DNA of 41,395 nucleotides. Origin: a virus. Taxonomy: Duplodnaviria > Caudoviricetes. The DNA lies in the IMG/VR virus record IMGVR_UViG_3300032277_000016, positions 1 to 41,395 of that record. The stretch is one strand, 5' to 3'. The position numbers and the translations under genes were made by a program. Shown here in pieces: positions 1 to 9,000 of the stretch (position 1 is the stretch's first letter; the number at the start of each line of letters is the position of its first letter). The notes below the pieces were generated by a model that saw only the letters and a program-made list of their open reading frames with translations, was not told the DNA's origin and did not search any database.

Positions 1-136
1 AAAGCAGAGTATCCGGACTTTGATTTTGATGCTTATGCAAGATCTTTACCTGCTCCGTTTGATGATTATATGGCTGGTTATTGTGACTACGTTATGGATA
101 TTTATGGCCGTGGTCATATTGAAGCTGAGCTTTTTG
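1..136. repeat. Terminal direct repeat, left copy (circular assembly overlap)
   Basis: Identical to 41260-41395 except T10 vs C41269. Confidence 0.97.
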
Positions 137-1056
137 TTGAGTCAGGGGTAAGCTACAACGAGCATCTTTTTGGTACTCCTGATGCAGCTGTTAGGTTAAT
201 GAAAGAAGACGGATCAACAGAATTACATATCATCGATCTCAAGTTTGGTAAGGGTGTCCTAGTACCGATCAACGCTAAGCAGACTGCTCTATATGCACGG
301 TTATTTATAGAGGAGCATGGTACCTGCGATCGGATATTCACGCATATATATCAGCCGAGGATGAGTAATGAAGGATATGTTGAGTATACCATGGATACGC
401 TCTGTGACATTACTGATAGCGCTCTTGATTTTGCCGATAAGCTTGTGGGCTCTGATACTTTTAGCATTAAGCGGCAGCTACGAGAGCTTGAAGCAAACGC
501 AGGAAACCATTGTACATGGTGCCCTGGCATTGGTAAGTGCCGTGCTCAGTATAAGTATCAGCAACGGGAATCACTGACCGTCATAGATGAGCTGCCGGTT
601 ATTTCTGATACTAAGAAAGCTAAGGCTGCTATCAAGGAGCGTGTACGTGATCTCACAACTGAGGAACAACTTAAAATATTTGAGCAGCGTGATCTTGTTA
701 AAGAGTTGCTTAGCTCTGTGGCGATTGAGCTGCAAGGTAAAGCGTCTCGTGGGGAAAGTGTACCGGGGTATAAACTCGTACGAACTACGGCTAAGAGGTC
801 GCTTAACCAGACTAGCGATACAGCAGCAGCGCTTAAAGAGATGGGTATTAAGAACCCATATCAACCAGCAAAGCTGATAACTCTAGGCACTATAGATAAA
901 GTACTAGGGAAGGAAAAAGCTAAAGAGCTTAAGCCTCAGATCGATAGGTTATGCAGTTTATCTAATACATCTTTGCAGCTTGTACCTGACACGGATAAAC
1001 GTGTAGAAGAGGTACCAGCACAAAATTTAATTGACCAACTTGGAGAACTAAAATGA
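1..1056 (+). CDS. DUF2800-family Cas4-like/PD-(D/E)xK exonuclease, C-terminal part. The gene starts at 41089 across the circular junction (408 aa in total).
   Basis: GTPDA...IIDLKFGKG nuclease motifs, HIYQPR and CTWCPGIGKC Cys cluster. The frame is open from base 1. Typical DUF2800-DUF2815-PolA order. Confidence 0.88.
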   Translation, partial: KAEYPDFDFDAYARSLPAPFDDYMAGYCDYVMDIYGRGHIEAELFVESGVSYNEHLFGTPDAAVRLMKEDGSTELHIIDLKFGKGVLVPINAKQTALYARLFIEEHGTCDRIFTHIYQPRMSNEGYVEYTMDTLCDITDSALDFADKLVGSDTFSIKRQLRELEANAGNHCTWCPGIGKCRAQYKYQQRESLTVIDELPVISDTKKAKAAIKERVRDLTTEEQLKIFEQRDLVKELLSSVAIELQGKASRGESVPGYKLVRTTAKRSLNQTSDTAAALKEMGIKNPYQPAKLITLGTIDKVLGKEKAKELKPQIDRLCSLSNTSLQLVPDTDKRVEEVPAQNLIDQLGELK

Positions 1057-1838
1057 CAGAACGACAAAAGTTTATCTTGCCGGTAGGACGCTTCGCATGG
1101 CCATCGCTAGCAGAGCCTAACGATGATCCGGACTTCGGCTCGGGTAAGTACGAGTGTACTCTTCTTATAGACAAGGAAGTCTTTAAGAAAGATAAGGCTT
1201 GTATGGCAATGTATAAGCACGTAATGCAAATCTGCAAAGATGAAGACCTTAAAGCTGGTAAAGGTAAAGCGGCAAAGGTAGTGACAAAGCTTTCCCAGTT
1301 TCCTGAAGGTAAGTGCTTTATCAAAGATGGCGATCTGATCGCAGAAGAAAAAGGCTGGGATGGTTACGCAGGCTGCTACGCAATTACGGCTAAGAATAAC
1401 CAAGAGGTACCTGTAGTAGATGGCGATAAGGATCGTATGGATTCCAAAGACATCGCTCGTATTAAAGGTGGTGACCATGGGCGTATCATCGTTACTCCTG
1501 CATTCTACCATCAAGGCCCTGGCGTTACCTCTTTCCTAGACGTTGTACAGTACTGGAAAGCTGGTGAAGCTTTTGGCTCTAACTCAGATTCCCTTATAGA
1601 TGGTCTTGATACTTTAGAGACTCCACTAGAGGAAATAGAAACTGACGAGCCTGAAGTAGATCTAGATGAAGAGGATGAAGAGGCAGAAGAGGAGCCTAAG
1701 AAAAAGCCTACCAAGCGCAAGGCTGCTGCTAAGCCAAAGGCCAAAGCTAAAAGAAAAGCTAAGCCTAAGGTAGAGCCTGAAGAGGAAGAGATTGATGATG
1801 AAGATGATGAGGACGGCGTAGACCTAGATGATCTTTAA
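1053..1838 (+). CDS. DUF2815-family ssDNA-binding protein (T7 gp2.5-like)
   Basis: GRFAWPSL, KYECTLLI, IKDGD, GV...LDVVQ..K.GEAFG motifs and an acidic C-terminal tail. ATGA overlap with the upstream gene. Confidence 0.85.
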   Translation: MTERQKFILPVGRFAWPSLAEPNDDPDFGSGKYECTLLIDKEVFKKDKACMAMYKHVMQICKDEDLKAGKGKAAKVVTKLSQFPEGKCFIKDGDLIAEEKGWDGYAGCYAITAKNNQEVPVVDGDKDRMDSKDIARIKGGDHGRIIVTPAFYHQGPGVTSFLDVVQYWKAGEAFGSNSDSLIDGLDTLETPLEEIETDEPEVDLDEEDEEAEEEPKKKPTKRKAAAKPKAKAKRKAKPKVEPEEEEIDDEDDEDGVDLDDL

Positions 1839-3684
1839 CCTCAAACTAGGGGGTGAAAACTACCAAGTCCATTACATAACTGATGTAGCTGGTGCGCTAG
1901 ATAAAGTAGAGATGCTGGCTAGCGCGCCACTGCTCGGTTTCGATATTGAGACACGTAAACATCCTAACTACGTAGACACCTACGAGAAGTGTGGCCTAGA
2001 TCCATACGGTTCATTCATAAGACTGCTTCAGTTTTATGATGGTAAGTCAACCATTTATGTCCTAGATGCGTTTGACTGGCCTGAGCTGAGTTTTCAACAG
2101 CTGTGGAAAAAGCTGTCTAAAACTAAGATGATAGCTCACAACGCTCAGTTTGAGCTAGCGCACTGTATCCACAACGGCGCTGAGAACCTCAATATAGCCT
2201 GTTCTATGCAGCTAGGGCTCTTAGTTGATAGGGCTGAGAAGTCTCCATTTGAAGCTGATGAGGATGGTATGGGCCGGGGATTCGGCCTAGCTCCGCTCTC
2301 TAAACGCTTTCTGAATATTGATATAACTAAGTTAAAGAAAGCTGAGCAGACATCTGACTGGGGAGCACCTAAGCTCACAAAGCGGCAACTCGCTTACGCA
2401 GCAGCTGATGCTGTACTGACCTACAAGCTAGGCGTGAAGTTCATTAGGAAGATCAGGAAGTACGGCATGCTTAGTAGCTATAAGCTAGTTAAAGATATGC
2501 AGCACGTATGCGCTAAAATGCAGCTTGCCGGTATGCTGGCAGATAACGATAAGCATGATGAGCTGATAGCTTCCTGGCAAAAGAAAAGAGCACGCGCACA
2601 GATAATCACTAAGAAGCATTTCGGATCTGTTAATCTCAATTCATCAAAGCAGCTGAATGAATGGCTAACAGAGAAGTATGAAGGTACGGACACTCTTAAA
2701 AATTGGCCCACAACAGATAGTGGCGCATATACGTTTAACGCTGGTGCTCTTGCGGATATGGAGCACCTTAAGTCTATATCCGCGCTACTCTCTTATAAAA
2801 AAGCAAATAAGCTTATCACGACCTACGGAGAAAAACTTCGATCTAAACATCAGAGCCCAATCACTACACGCTATCACTCAAGCTTTACGATCGCGCATAC
2901 AAGAACTGGAAGACTTTCTAGCAGAGAACCCAACTTGCAAAACATTCCCCGTGACTCTGGTATTAGAGACATGTTTAAAGCTAGAGATGGAGCTAAGCTT
3001 GTTGTTGCAGACTTCTCGCAAATTGAGATGCGTGTTGCGGGGGAACTATCAGGCGATAAAGTAATACGTAAGGCGTATAAAGATGGGAAAGACCTGCACA
3101 CCGAAATGGCTGCAACGATACTCGACTGTGAGCCAAGCGAAGTTACAAAAGAGGATCGCCAGCTTGCCAAGGCTGCTAACTTTGGTTTCCTCTTTGGGAT
3201 GGGTGCTGGAAAATTCGGTCAGTATGCAAAGGCCGGATATGGTATTGATGTATCAGCCAAAGAATCTATCGGTATTCGAAATGCGTTCTATAGCATGTAT
3301 GCTGAGTATGTTAAGTGGTGCGACGATCAGCGTGACCGCGCAAAGAAGCTTGGATATTGCCGCACCCCCATGGGTCGAATGCGAAAGCTTCTTGATAGTG
3401 AAGTCTACACCAAAGCAGTTAATACTCCAGTACAAGGGGGAGCGGCAGAGGTCATGTTCTTAAGCCTGCTAGAGGTCGATAGATTGTTAGATGGTATAAA
3501 GGCTAAGCTACTTAACTGCGTTCACGATGAAGTGATAGTTGAAGCTGATGAAGGCTACGCTGATGTAGTTAAAGATATAGTAGAGCGATCAATGCATTGG
3601 GGAATGTATGAGCTATTTCCTGAGGCTCCTATGGAAGACTTAGTAGAGGCTCATATAGGCGATACATGGCAGGAGGCTAAATGA
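1828..3684 (+). CDS. polA: Family A DNA polymerase with 3'-5' exonuclease, no 5' nuclease
   Basis: ExoI FDIET, ExoII HNAQFE, ExoIII YAAAD, TGRLSSREPNLQNIP, motif A ADFSQIEMR, motif B RQLAKAANFG, motif C VHDE. Confidence 0.97.
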   Translation: MIFNLKLGGENYQVHYITDVAGALDKVEMLASAPLLGFDIETRKHPNYVDTYEKCGLDPYGSFIRLLQFYDGKSTIYVLDAFDWPELSFQQLWKKLSKTKMIAHNAQFELAHCIHNGAENLNIACSMQLGLLVDRAEKSPFEADEDGMGRGFGLAPLSKRFLNIDITKLKKAEQTSDWGAPKLTKRQLAYAAADAVLTYKLGVKFIRKIRKYGMLSSYKLVKDMQHVCAKMQLAGMLADNDKHDELIASWQKKRARAQIITKKHFGSVNLNSSKQLNEWLTEKYEGTDTLKNWPTTDSGAYTFNAGALADMEHLKSISALLSYKKANKLITTYGEKLRSKHQSPITTRYHSSFTIAHTRTGRLSSREPNLQNIPRDSGIRDMFKARDGAKLVVADFSQIEMRVAGELSGDKVIRKAYKDGKDLHTEMAATILDCEPSEVTKEDRQLAKAANFGFLFGMGAGKFGQYAKAGYGIDVSAKESIGIRNAFYSMYAEYVKWCDDQRDRAKKLGYCRTPMGRMRKLLDSEVYTKAVNTPVQGGAAEVMFLSLLEVDRLLDGIKAKLLNCVHDEVIVEADEGYADVVKDIVERSMHWGMYELFPEAPMEDLVEAHIGDTWQEAK

Positions 3685-3971
3685 GTCAATACAAATTGAT
3701 AGATAAAGATATAATACCCTGCGAAGATTTATTAGAGTGGGCTACCTGGCTAGAGTCAGCTGATCGTATTATTGCTATGGATATTGAGAACGGTATAAGG
3801 ATATCTACAGTGTTCTTAGGGCTAGATCATAGTCTTACAGGCGATATCCCCTTACTATTTGAGACTATGGTATTTGGGGGTAAATACGACGGGGAATGTA
3901 AGAGATATGCTACTTACGCTGAGGCTGAAATAGGGCATAGGGAGACTATAAGAGACGTATTTAAGCAATGA
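3681..3971 (+). CDS. Conserved phage protein of unknown function
   Basis: ATGA-coupled. The ISTVFLGLDH...PLLFETMVFGG...RY.T..EA..GH pattern is one I recognise from other phage hypotheticals. Confidence 0.75.
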   Translation: MSQYKLIDKDIIPCEDLLEWATWLESADRIIAMDIENGIRISTVFLGLDHSLTGDIPLLFETMVFGGKYDGECKRYATYAEAEIGHRETIRDVFKQ

Positions 3972-4204
3972 ACCGTAGAGACTTCCTTAAACACCTGGCT
4001 GCCGCTTCTGCATTAGCAGCAAGTTCCAGGATAATCTTTGACCCGCATAAGAATCTATGGAGACAGCCTGAATTAGAATGGAAGTACTTACCAGCTAAGA
4101 TTATACTTATGCCTGAAGATGGTTTGGAGACTCGTTATACAGTTTACCACGAGATAGTCCAGTCTCCGGCTTACCCAGGTATAATAACAGGACTAGAGAT
4201 ATGA
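3968..4204 (+). CDS. Small protein with twin-arginine (Tat)-like N-terminus
   Basis: MNRRDFLKHLAAASALAA. ATGA overlaps at both ends. Confidence 0.7.
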   Translation: MNRRDFLKHLAAASALAASSRIIFDPHKNLWRQPELEWKYLPAKIILMPEDGLETRYTVYHEIVQSPAYPGIITGLEI

Positions 4205-4713
4205 CAGACATAGAAAGTAAAGGGTTATACATGGGCATTGATCCCGGCAAGTCTGGTGCCTTCGCACTTATAGATGCTCTTGATCCGTATAAGAATTTTG
4301 TGTCGGACTACTTCCCTAAGGACGAGACTAGTTTATGTCAGCTATTCTTACACTACCAGGATCAGATAAAGGGAGCAGTGGTAGAAACGTTTGTTCCCTT
4401 CGGTGTGTCTAAGACATCTATGTGTGTACTAGCTCGTAACGTAGGCTTATGGGAGATGTGTCTAATGATGTGTAACATACCCTACACATTCATCACGGCA
4501 GCTACCTGGCAGAAAGCTTACTTCTATAAAGGCTTCATATACAAAGGTAACAAGAAAGGTAGACGACCTGCTCTTAAGGAGCACAGCCTAAAGTCTGCTA
4601 ATGCATTGTTCACTAACGCAGAGCTGAATAAGAAGAAAGATGATGGTCGCGCAGATGCTCTGCACATGGCGCTTGCCGCTCGTGATTACTTTATGGATGA
4701 CGATGGAGAATAG
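4201..4713 (+). CDS. ruvC: RuvC-like Holliday junction resolvase
   Basis: MGIDPGKSGAFA, AVVE, ATWQK and DDGRADAL catalytic pattern. Confidence 0.88.
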   Translation: MTDIESKGLYMGIDPGKSGAFALIDALDPYKNFVSDYFPKDETSLCQLFLHYQDQIKGAVVETFVPFGVSKTSMCVLARNVGLWEMCLMMCNIPYTFITAATWQKAYFYKGFIYKGNKKGRRPALKEHSLKSANALFTNAELNKKKDDGRADALHMALAARDYFMDDDGE

Positions 4714-4776
4714 TTCAGTTGGTAGAACAGGAGGCTGTTAACCTCTAGGTCGCAGGTTCGATCCCTGCTTCTCCAG
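4704..4776 (+). tRNA. trnN: tRNA-Asn(GTT), CCA not encoded
   Basis: Acceptor TGGAGAA/TTCTCCA, D-arm GTTC/GAAC, anticodon arm GGAGG-CT GTT AA-CCTCT, T-arm GCAGG-TTCGATC-CCTGC, discriminator G73. Confidence 0.93.
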
Positions 4777-4803
4777 TACTATCTGTATGAATGAGGATTA
4801 GTT

Positions 4804-4998
4804 ATGTGTAAGACTGAGATTATAAACAACGGGATGGTACCTGATGTAGATACGGGGGTACCTTATATAGAGTCTGCTTGGCATAAGCACTTCTCTGAGA
4901 TACTCCATAGGCATGGTGTAGTAGACCTTAAGACCTGTAAAAAACTTATAGTGGATCTATCATATACACAACGTAGACTTAAAGAGTTGCTAGAGTAG
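4804..4998 (+). CDS. Hypothetical protein
   Basis: GAGGA Shine-Dalgarno (SD) upstream. Last gene of the rightward operon, converging on the late operon. Confidence 0.6.
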   Translation: MCKTEIINNGMVPDVDTGVPYIESAWHKHFSEILHRHGVVDLKTCKKLIVDLSYTQRRLKELLE

Positions 4999-4999
4999 T

Positions 5000-5209
5000 C
5001 TACTTAAGCTTATTCCAGATGTCGTCGGTAGTAGTTTCTATGCGGCCTAAGCGCCTGTTAGTCTCTATAGCATGCAGCTCTATAGTAACCTTGTTCAACC
5101 GTGTATCAGCCTCTACACCAGCAAAGCGCTGGACGGTATAGCCAAAGTGACTTAACACTAGTATAGCTATACCGATCCACCTTGCGTAAGAAGCTTGCTT
5201 ATCAGTCAC
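5000..5209 (-). CDS. Small membrane protein (N-terminal TM plus coiled coil), lysis cassette
   Basis: Probable GTG start at 5209 with a GAGG SD, overlapping the holin 3' end. WIGIAILVLSHFGY hydrophobic stretch. Confidence 0.6.
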   Translation of the reverse strand: MTDKQASYARWIGIAILVLSHFGYTVQRFAGVEADTRLNKVTIELHAIETNRRLGRIETTTDDIWNKLK

Positions 5210-5459
5210 GCTTCCTCTTCTCCATCCAAGATAATAGTAGCCCTGCGATAGCAATCAGGTAACCGCTGATCACTGGTTCTGAGGCTGTGATCAGATCCAT
5301 GAGCTCTTTTAGAAACCTGGCTACCTCTTCTGGACTTGCCCCCGAACTGGATAGGTACACTCCTGCACCGGCAATCAAGCCCCCAAGAAAAGTAATCAGA
5401 TGCCTCACCGCAGAGGCAGCATACTTGTTGATGAATTTTCTCTTTAGCCATTGTATCAT
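5202..5459 (-). CDS. Putative holin (2 TM segments)
   Basis: AVRHLITFLGG.. first TM, second TM GYLIAIAGLLLSW, basic tail KRKRD. Lies next to the endolysin. Confidence 0.7.
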   Translation of the reverse strand: MIQWLKRKFINKYAASAVRHLITFLGGLIAGAGVYLSSSGASPEEVARFLKELMDLITASEPVISGYLIAIAGLLLSWMEKRKRD

Positions 5460-5848
5460 TCTTTATCTCCTTTTTTCTCTAAGCACTCGTTATAGCAACC
5501 GCCTTCTAGAATGCCTTCAGGAGAGTTGCCGCGCTTGAGGCATTCCTCTAAACACACTTGATCTACCTCACATTCGGATAAGCTAACACCGAACTGGCCT
5601 AAACACTGCGCGTCTGTTAGACCATCGAAAGAGTTAGATATGCACGAAGCACATATACGGGATACTTGCTCGTCCTGCTCAGCCTGAGATCCAGGGTTAA
5701 GGTCTATAGTCTCGTTGTTGTTACCTGCTATGATTGTGGTGCCATCGCCATCACCGGCAACGATAGATACGCTCTCAGTCTCTTTTCCTCCGGGTGTTGT
5801 TCCGCAGGCCATACATATTAGGATTAAAAGTACGCTTAGCAATCTCAT
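5456..5848 (-). CDS. Cys-rich lipoprotein (possible o-spanin or other lysis/surface protein)
   Basis: MRLLSVLLILICMA|CG lipobox-like signal and 8 further Cys in the C-terminal half. Confidence 0.65.
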   Translation of the reverse strand: MRLLSVLLILICMACGTTPGGKETESVSIVAGDGDGTTIIAGNNNETIDLNPGSQAEQDEQVSRICASCISNSFDGLTDAQCLGQFGVSLSECEVDQVCLEECLKRGNSPEGILEGGCYNECLEKKGDKE

Positions 5849-5884
5849 GGTATATACTCCTAAAAACTTTAAATACCCCTTTAA

Positions 5885-6328
5885 TCAAACCGTAACTAAT
5901 GAAAACTTCCCATTTGTCCTTTTCGCTATCCATCTAGATCCTGGTCTGTAGTCAACATGAACAAAGTTCTGGTCTACGTCAATATAAATCCCCCGCCATC
6001 CGAACTCTATAGCTTCCTTAAAGAATTCCCATAGATCCATGCCTACCGGCGTTAGATCAAACGCGCACCAGGAGTGATATGTATGCCTGTGCGGTCTATA
6101 AGTCTTCCAGTATATGCTGTAGTTCTCTGCCGGTGAGCGCCATCCCCGAAGATTTTTACCACTGTGGTTACACTGTATAGGTACGTTTAGGATATGCCTA
6201 AAAGCGGCAAGCTTAAGCAGAGGTTCTGGAGCATGTAGTACATGTCCTTTAGCACGTAAGGCTAGACCGTCCGGGGATAAGACCTCTTCAGGAGTGAAGT
6301 AGTCTAAAGAGTCGTATATGTCGGACAA
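5885..6328 (-). CDS. Endolysin, peptidase M15A (Zn peptidase) family
   Basis: GWRSPAEN, YH...AFDL and FVHVDYR Zn-ligand pattern. Confidence 0.85.
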   Translation of the reverse strand: MSDIYDSLDYFTPEEVLSPDGLALRAKGHVLHAPEPLLKLAAFRHILNVPIQCNHSGKNLRGWRSPAENYSIYWKTYRPHRHTYHSWCAFDLTPVGMDLWEFFKEAIEFGWRGIYIDVDQNFVHVDYRPGSRWIAKRTNGKFSLVTV

Positions 6329-6330
6329 AC

Positions 6331-9000
6331 CTATCTCCTCTGATTACGTACTAGTGTATCGTTATCCTCAATATCTATAAGCTCTTTAGCAGTTACATCT
6401 GCCGCTTTCTTTTTCTCTACTAGCTTAAGTACTCTATCATTAGCTCTACGCTTAGCTTCTTGTACTAGTCCTTGTAATGGCGGTGCTGGTGGTTCTACCT
6501 CGAATCCGCTGATGTCTCCCGGTACTCCGTTCACACCGTTAAGCTTATTCAAGATAATGAACCTGCGTGCACCGTTAGTCATTATATCCTTATCTCTAAG
6601 AATGCTTTCGCGCACTTTCTGAATCTCCTCTGGATCCTCTATCACCCCATCAAATAAAGTGTTGAGGTTCTTAAGGTGCGTGTTGTTGTCTGCTGCTGCA
6701 TCTTGTTCAAAGATAGGAGCAGTTTGAGGATTACTGAGCAGCTGCATAGCTACAGCTCGCTTAGTCTCTTCAGAGCCTTTAGCACCTTCCTCTAGCAGTC
6801 CTAGCGTAAGCTTAAGCGTTTCTTTAGCTTCTTCACTAAGCGGACTCACAGGCGCTGCTAAGCCGTCCTCAGTAGGGATAGGTACAGCCTGAGGATCCCT
6901 ACCTTGCGAAAACGCTACTGCATTCTCTTCATCCTCTACGGTAGAGAGCATGCTTCTAAACATTTGGATAGTTTGGGGAGCGTAGAGCTTATCGCTATTC
7001 TTCTGTAGAAACTTAACCGTGCTTAATCCCATACCTGAAGTAAGTCGTCTGAATACGCGAGGATTCTGCCATATCTCTACAGCCTCTTGGAGCTGTGTTT
7101 CTACATCTGCCGCTATGTTTCTACCGCTACCAGTGAATAAGCGCACACCGCCTGTGCTACCAGACTGAGCAGTACTAACTATCTTTAAGCCTTCAGCTGT
7201 ATCACCTTGAGTAGGCCTGAGAGCTTTAGCGCGCAGGTTAAGTAGTGGTGGCTCTACAGTTACATACTGCTGATGCTTCCAATTCCTGCGCTTATATTCC
7301 TCAAAAAATTCAGGCATATCCTTAAGGCTAGACTCGATAGTGTTACGAGCGTTACCCTCAAAGATTTTAAACATCTCAGCATTTTGAGCAGCTTTACGAT
7401 CTACCCCTACTTGTCTAACCCTATCGTTAGCGTAGGCTAAATCACCCCACTGTCTTTTCTTCTGTATCTGAGTCTCTAGGCTTAGCTTGGAATTAACTAC
7501 GCGATCCCTAAGAGCTTTAGCTTCAGAGATTTGTACAAGCTGACCACTGATCTTTTTCTTAGTCATCTTATTGACTGTACGACCAGCAGCATCTTTAAGG
7601 TGAAAGGACATCTGATCTAAATCACTATCTAGCAAAGTCGCGCCTGCTCCAGGCACTACCTCTTTACTAGGTAATTTCATAGACGTGATTTTCTTATTAG
7701 TGCGTGCATACAGGTTATGTTGGGTACTAGGTAGTACCTGCTTAACTACATCGTTAATCTCTTTCTTATACTGCCTTAACAAGCTGCCGCGCACTGCTGT
7801 ATTCAGCTGAGGATCTGCAAGCCTACCTGCTACAGGTCCAAAGAATTCGGCTACACTGGTAGATAGATCAAGGCCTAAGCTTTTTGCTTCCCGCTCAGCT
7901 TCTGCTGCTACCCTCTGTAGAGCGTTAACATTTTTAAGCTTACCTTCGTAGAAGATGCTTACAGGATCCATTCCGAAATCTTCTCTGGCTTGTCCAGTAC
8001 CACCAAAGAATACTTTCTCTTGGAAGATTTTTCCGTCTGATCCTACCTCAGCTTTTTTAAACACATCAGACAGATCCTCATAAGCATCGCTGAGCACGTC
8101 TGCATTATGCTTGAGTTTAAAGTCTGCATCCCCGAGCTTGATTAGATCATTGGCTAAAATATCTGCATCGGTGCTCTTGTATATTTTTTCGTAATGCTCT
8201 AGAGCACGATCGCCCATAGTACGTCTAGCTTTAGCACCAGTCGTAAGTATGTCGGACTTACCTACAATCCCGGAGAACCAGTCTCCTACAGCTTTTAGTC
8301 GTCCTGCTCCTACAGATATACCAGCGTCGATAATAATGTTATCTGCGAAAGTTTGCAGAAGGTCTTCCTCCGCTACCTTAGGCCTAGGATCAGTGAACGC
8401 AGGATCTATTACCCTAGCTTCATCTATGAGGCTGTTTACTAGAGGAGTTTGGACTGCCTCTATAGCTGCCGGTGCTGCTACAGATCCTGCCACATCCCCG
8501 GCAGATGCCCCTACAGTTTGTCCTACAAACGTACCTGCTTTCTCCGCTGCTTGTTTACCCGCAGTAGTAGATAGCGCGCTACCTATACGACCTAGTATAT
8601 TAGACGCTCCTGATGTTATTGGGCCTGCTGCTTCTGCTATCGCTGGGCCTGCTGCTCTAGCTACTGGAGCTAGGATCTTACCGCCTACCCCACCAGCAGC
8701 TATACTTAAAGCTCCCCGTGCTACACCTGTTAGAGTCTTCTCCGCATTGCCTAGAGTCTGTAGCTGATTCTCTATCTCTATGACTCTCTTTCTGCCGCGC
8801 ACTCTGGCTTCTATGCCTTCTACTTCCTCTTGTCCAAGGGATGCGCGCAAGTCCTGATCAAACTTTTCAGGATTCTCAGTAAACTTAAGATAGCCTTCAG
8901 GATCCTCTGTTAAGGGTTTACCGAATGCTACCTCGTACATCAGGTTGGTAGCTTGGGCACGTTCCCTTAGCTGAGCCTCATTCTCTAGCTCGTCAACCAT
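6331..9000 (-). CDS. Large internal virion/DNA ejection protein
   Basis: 889 aa, Ala/Gly-rich N-terminal helices. Last gene before the lysis cassette, in the podoviral ejection-protein position. Confidence 0.6.
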   Translation of the reverse strand: MVDELENEAQLRERAQATNLMYEVAFGKPLTEDPEGYLKFTENPEKFDQDLRASLGQEEVEGIEARVRGRKRVIEIENQLQTLGNAEKTLTGVARGALSIAAGGVGGKILAPVARAAGPAIAEAAGPITSGASNILGRIGSALSTTAGKQAAEKAGTFVGQTVGASAGDVAGSVAAPAAIEAVQTPLVNSLIDEARVIDPAFTDPRPKVAEEDLLQTFADNIIIDAGISVGAGRLKAVGDWFSGIVGKSDILTTGAKARRTMGDRALEHYEKIYKSTDADILANDLIKLGDADFKLKHNADVLSDAYEDLSDVFKKAEVGSDGKIFQEKVFFGGTGQAREDFGMDPVSIFYEGKLKNVNALQRVAAEAEREAKSLGLDLSTSVAEFFGPVAGRLADPQLNTAVRGSLLRQYKKEINDVVKQVLPSTQHNLYARTNKKITSMKLPSKEVVPGAGATLLDSDLDQMSFHLKDAAGRTVNKMTKKKISGQLVQISEAKALRDRVVNSKLSLETQIQKKRQWGDLAYANDRVRQVGVDRKAAQNAEMFKIFEGNARNTIESSLKDMPEFFEEYKRRNWKHQQYVTVEPPLLNLRAKALRPTQGDTAEGLKIVSTAQSGSTGGVRLFTGSGRNIAADVETQLQEAVEIWQNPRVFRRLTSGMGLSTVKFLQKNSDKLYAPQTIQMFRSMLSTVEDEENAVAFSQGRDPQAVPIPTEDGLAAPVSPLSEEAKETLKLTLGLLEEGAKGSEETKRAVAMQLLSNPQTAPIFEQDAAADNNTHLKNLNTLFDGVIEDPEEIQKVRESILRDKDIMTNGARRFIILNKLNGVNGVPGDISGFEVEPPAPPLQGLVQEAKRRANDRVLKLVEKKKAADVTAKELIDIEDNDTLVRNQRR

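Noticed and set aside
1-136. Physical direct terminal repeats of the T7 type
   Set aside because: The repeat falls in the middle of a gene, as expected for an assembler overlap.
1-1056. Cas4-like nuclease as a sign of CRISPR-Cas
   Set aside because: No array or other cas genes. It sits in the standard DUF2800-DUF2815-PolA replication module.
1828-3684. Modified-base genome (Z, dU, 7-deazaguanine)
   Set aside because: No purZ, dUTPase/thymidylate synthase, queuosine-pathway or glycosyltransferase genes were recognised.
4704-4776. tRNA as attP of a temperate phage
   Set aside because: No tyrosine or serine integrase motif was seen anywhere in the genome.
8249-8767. 172-aa + strand ORF and similar shadow ORFs (2678-3064, 20451-20771, 21486-21881, 30460-30735)
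   Set aside because: They are antisense or out-of-frame to well-supported genes, with S/A/P/L-biased composition and no motifs.
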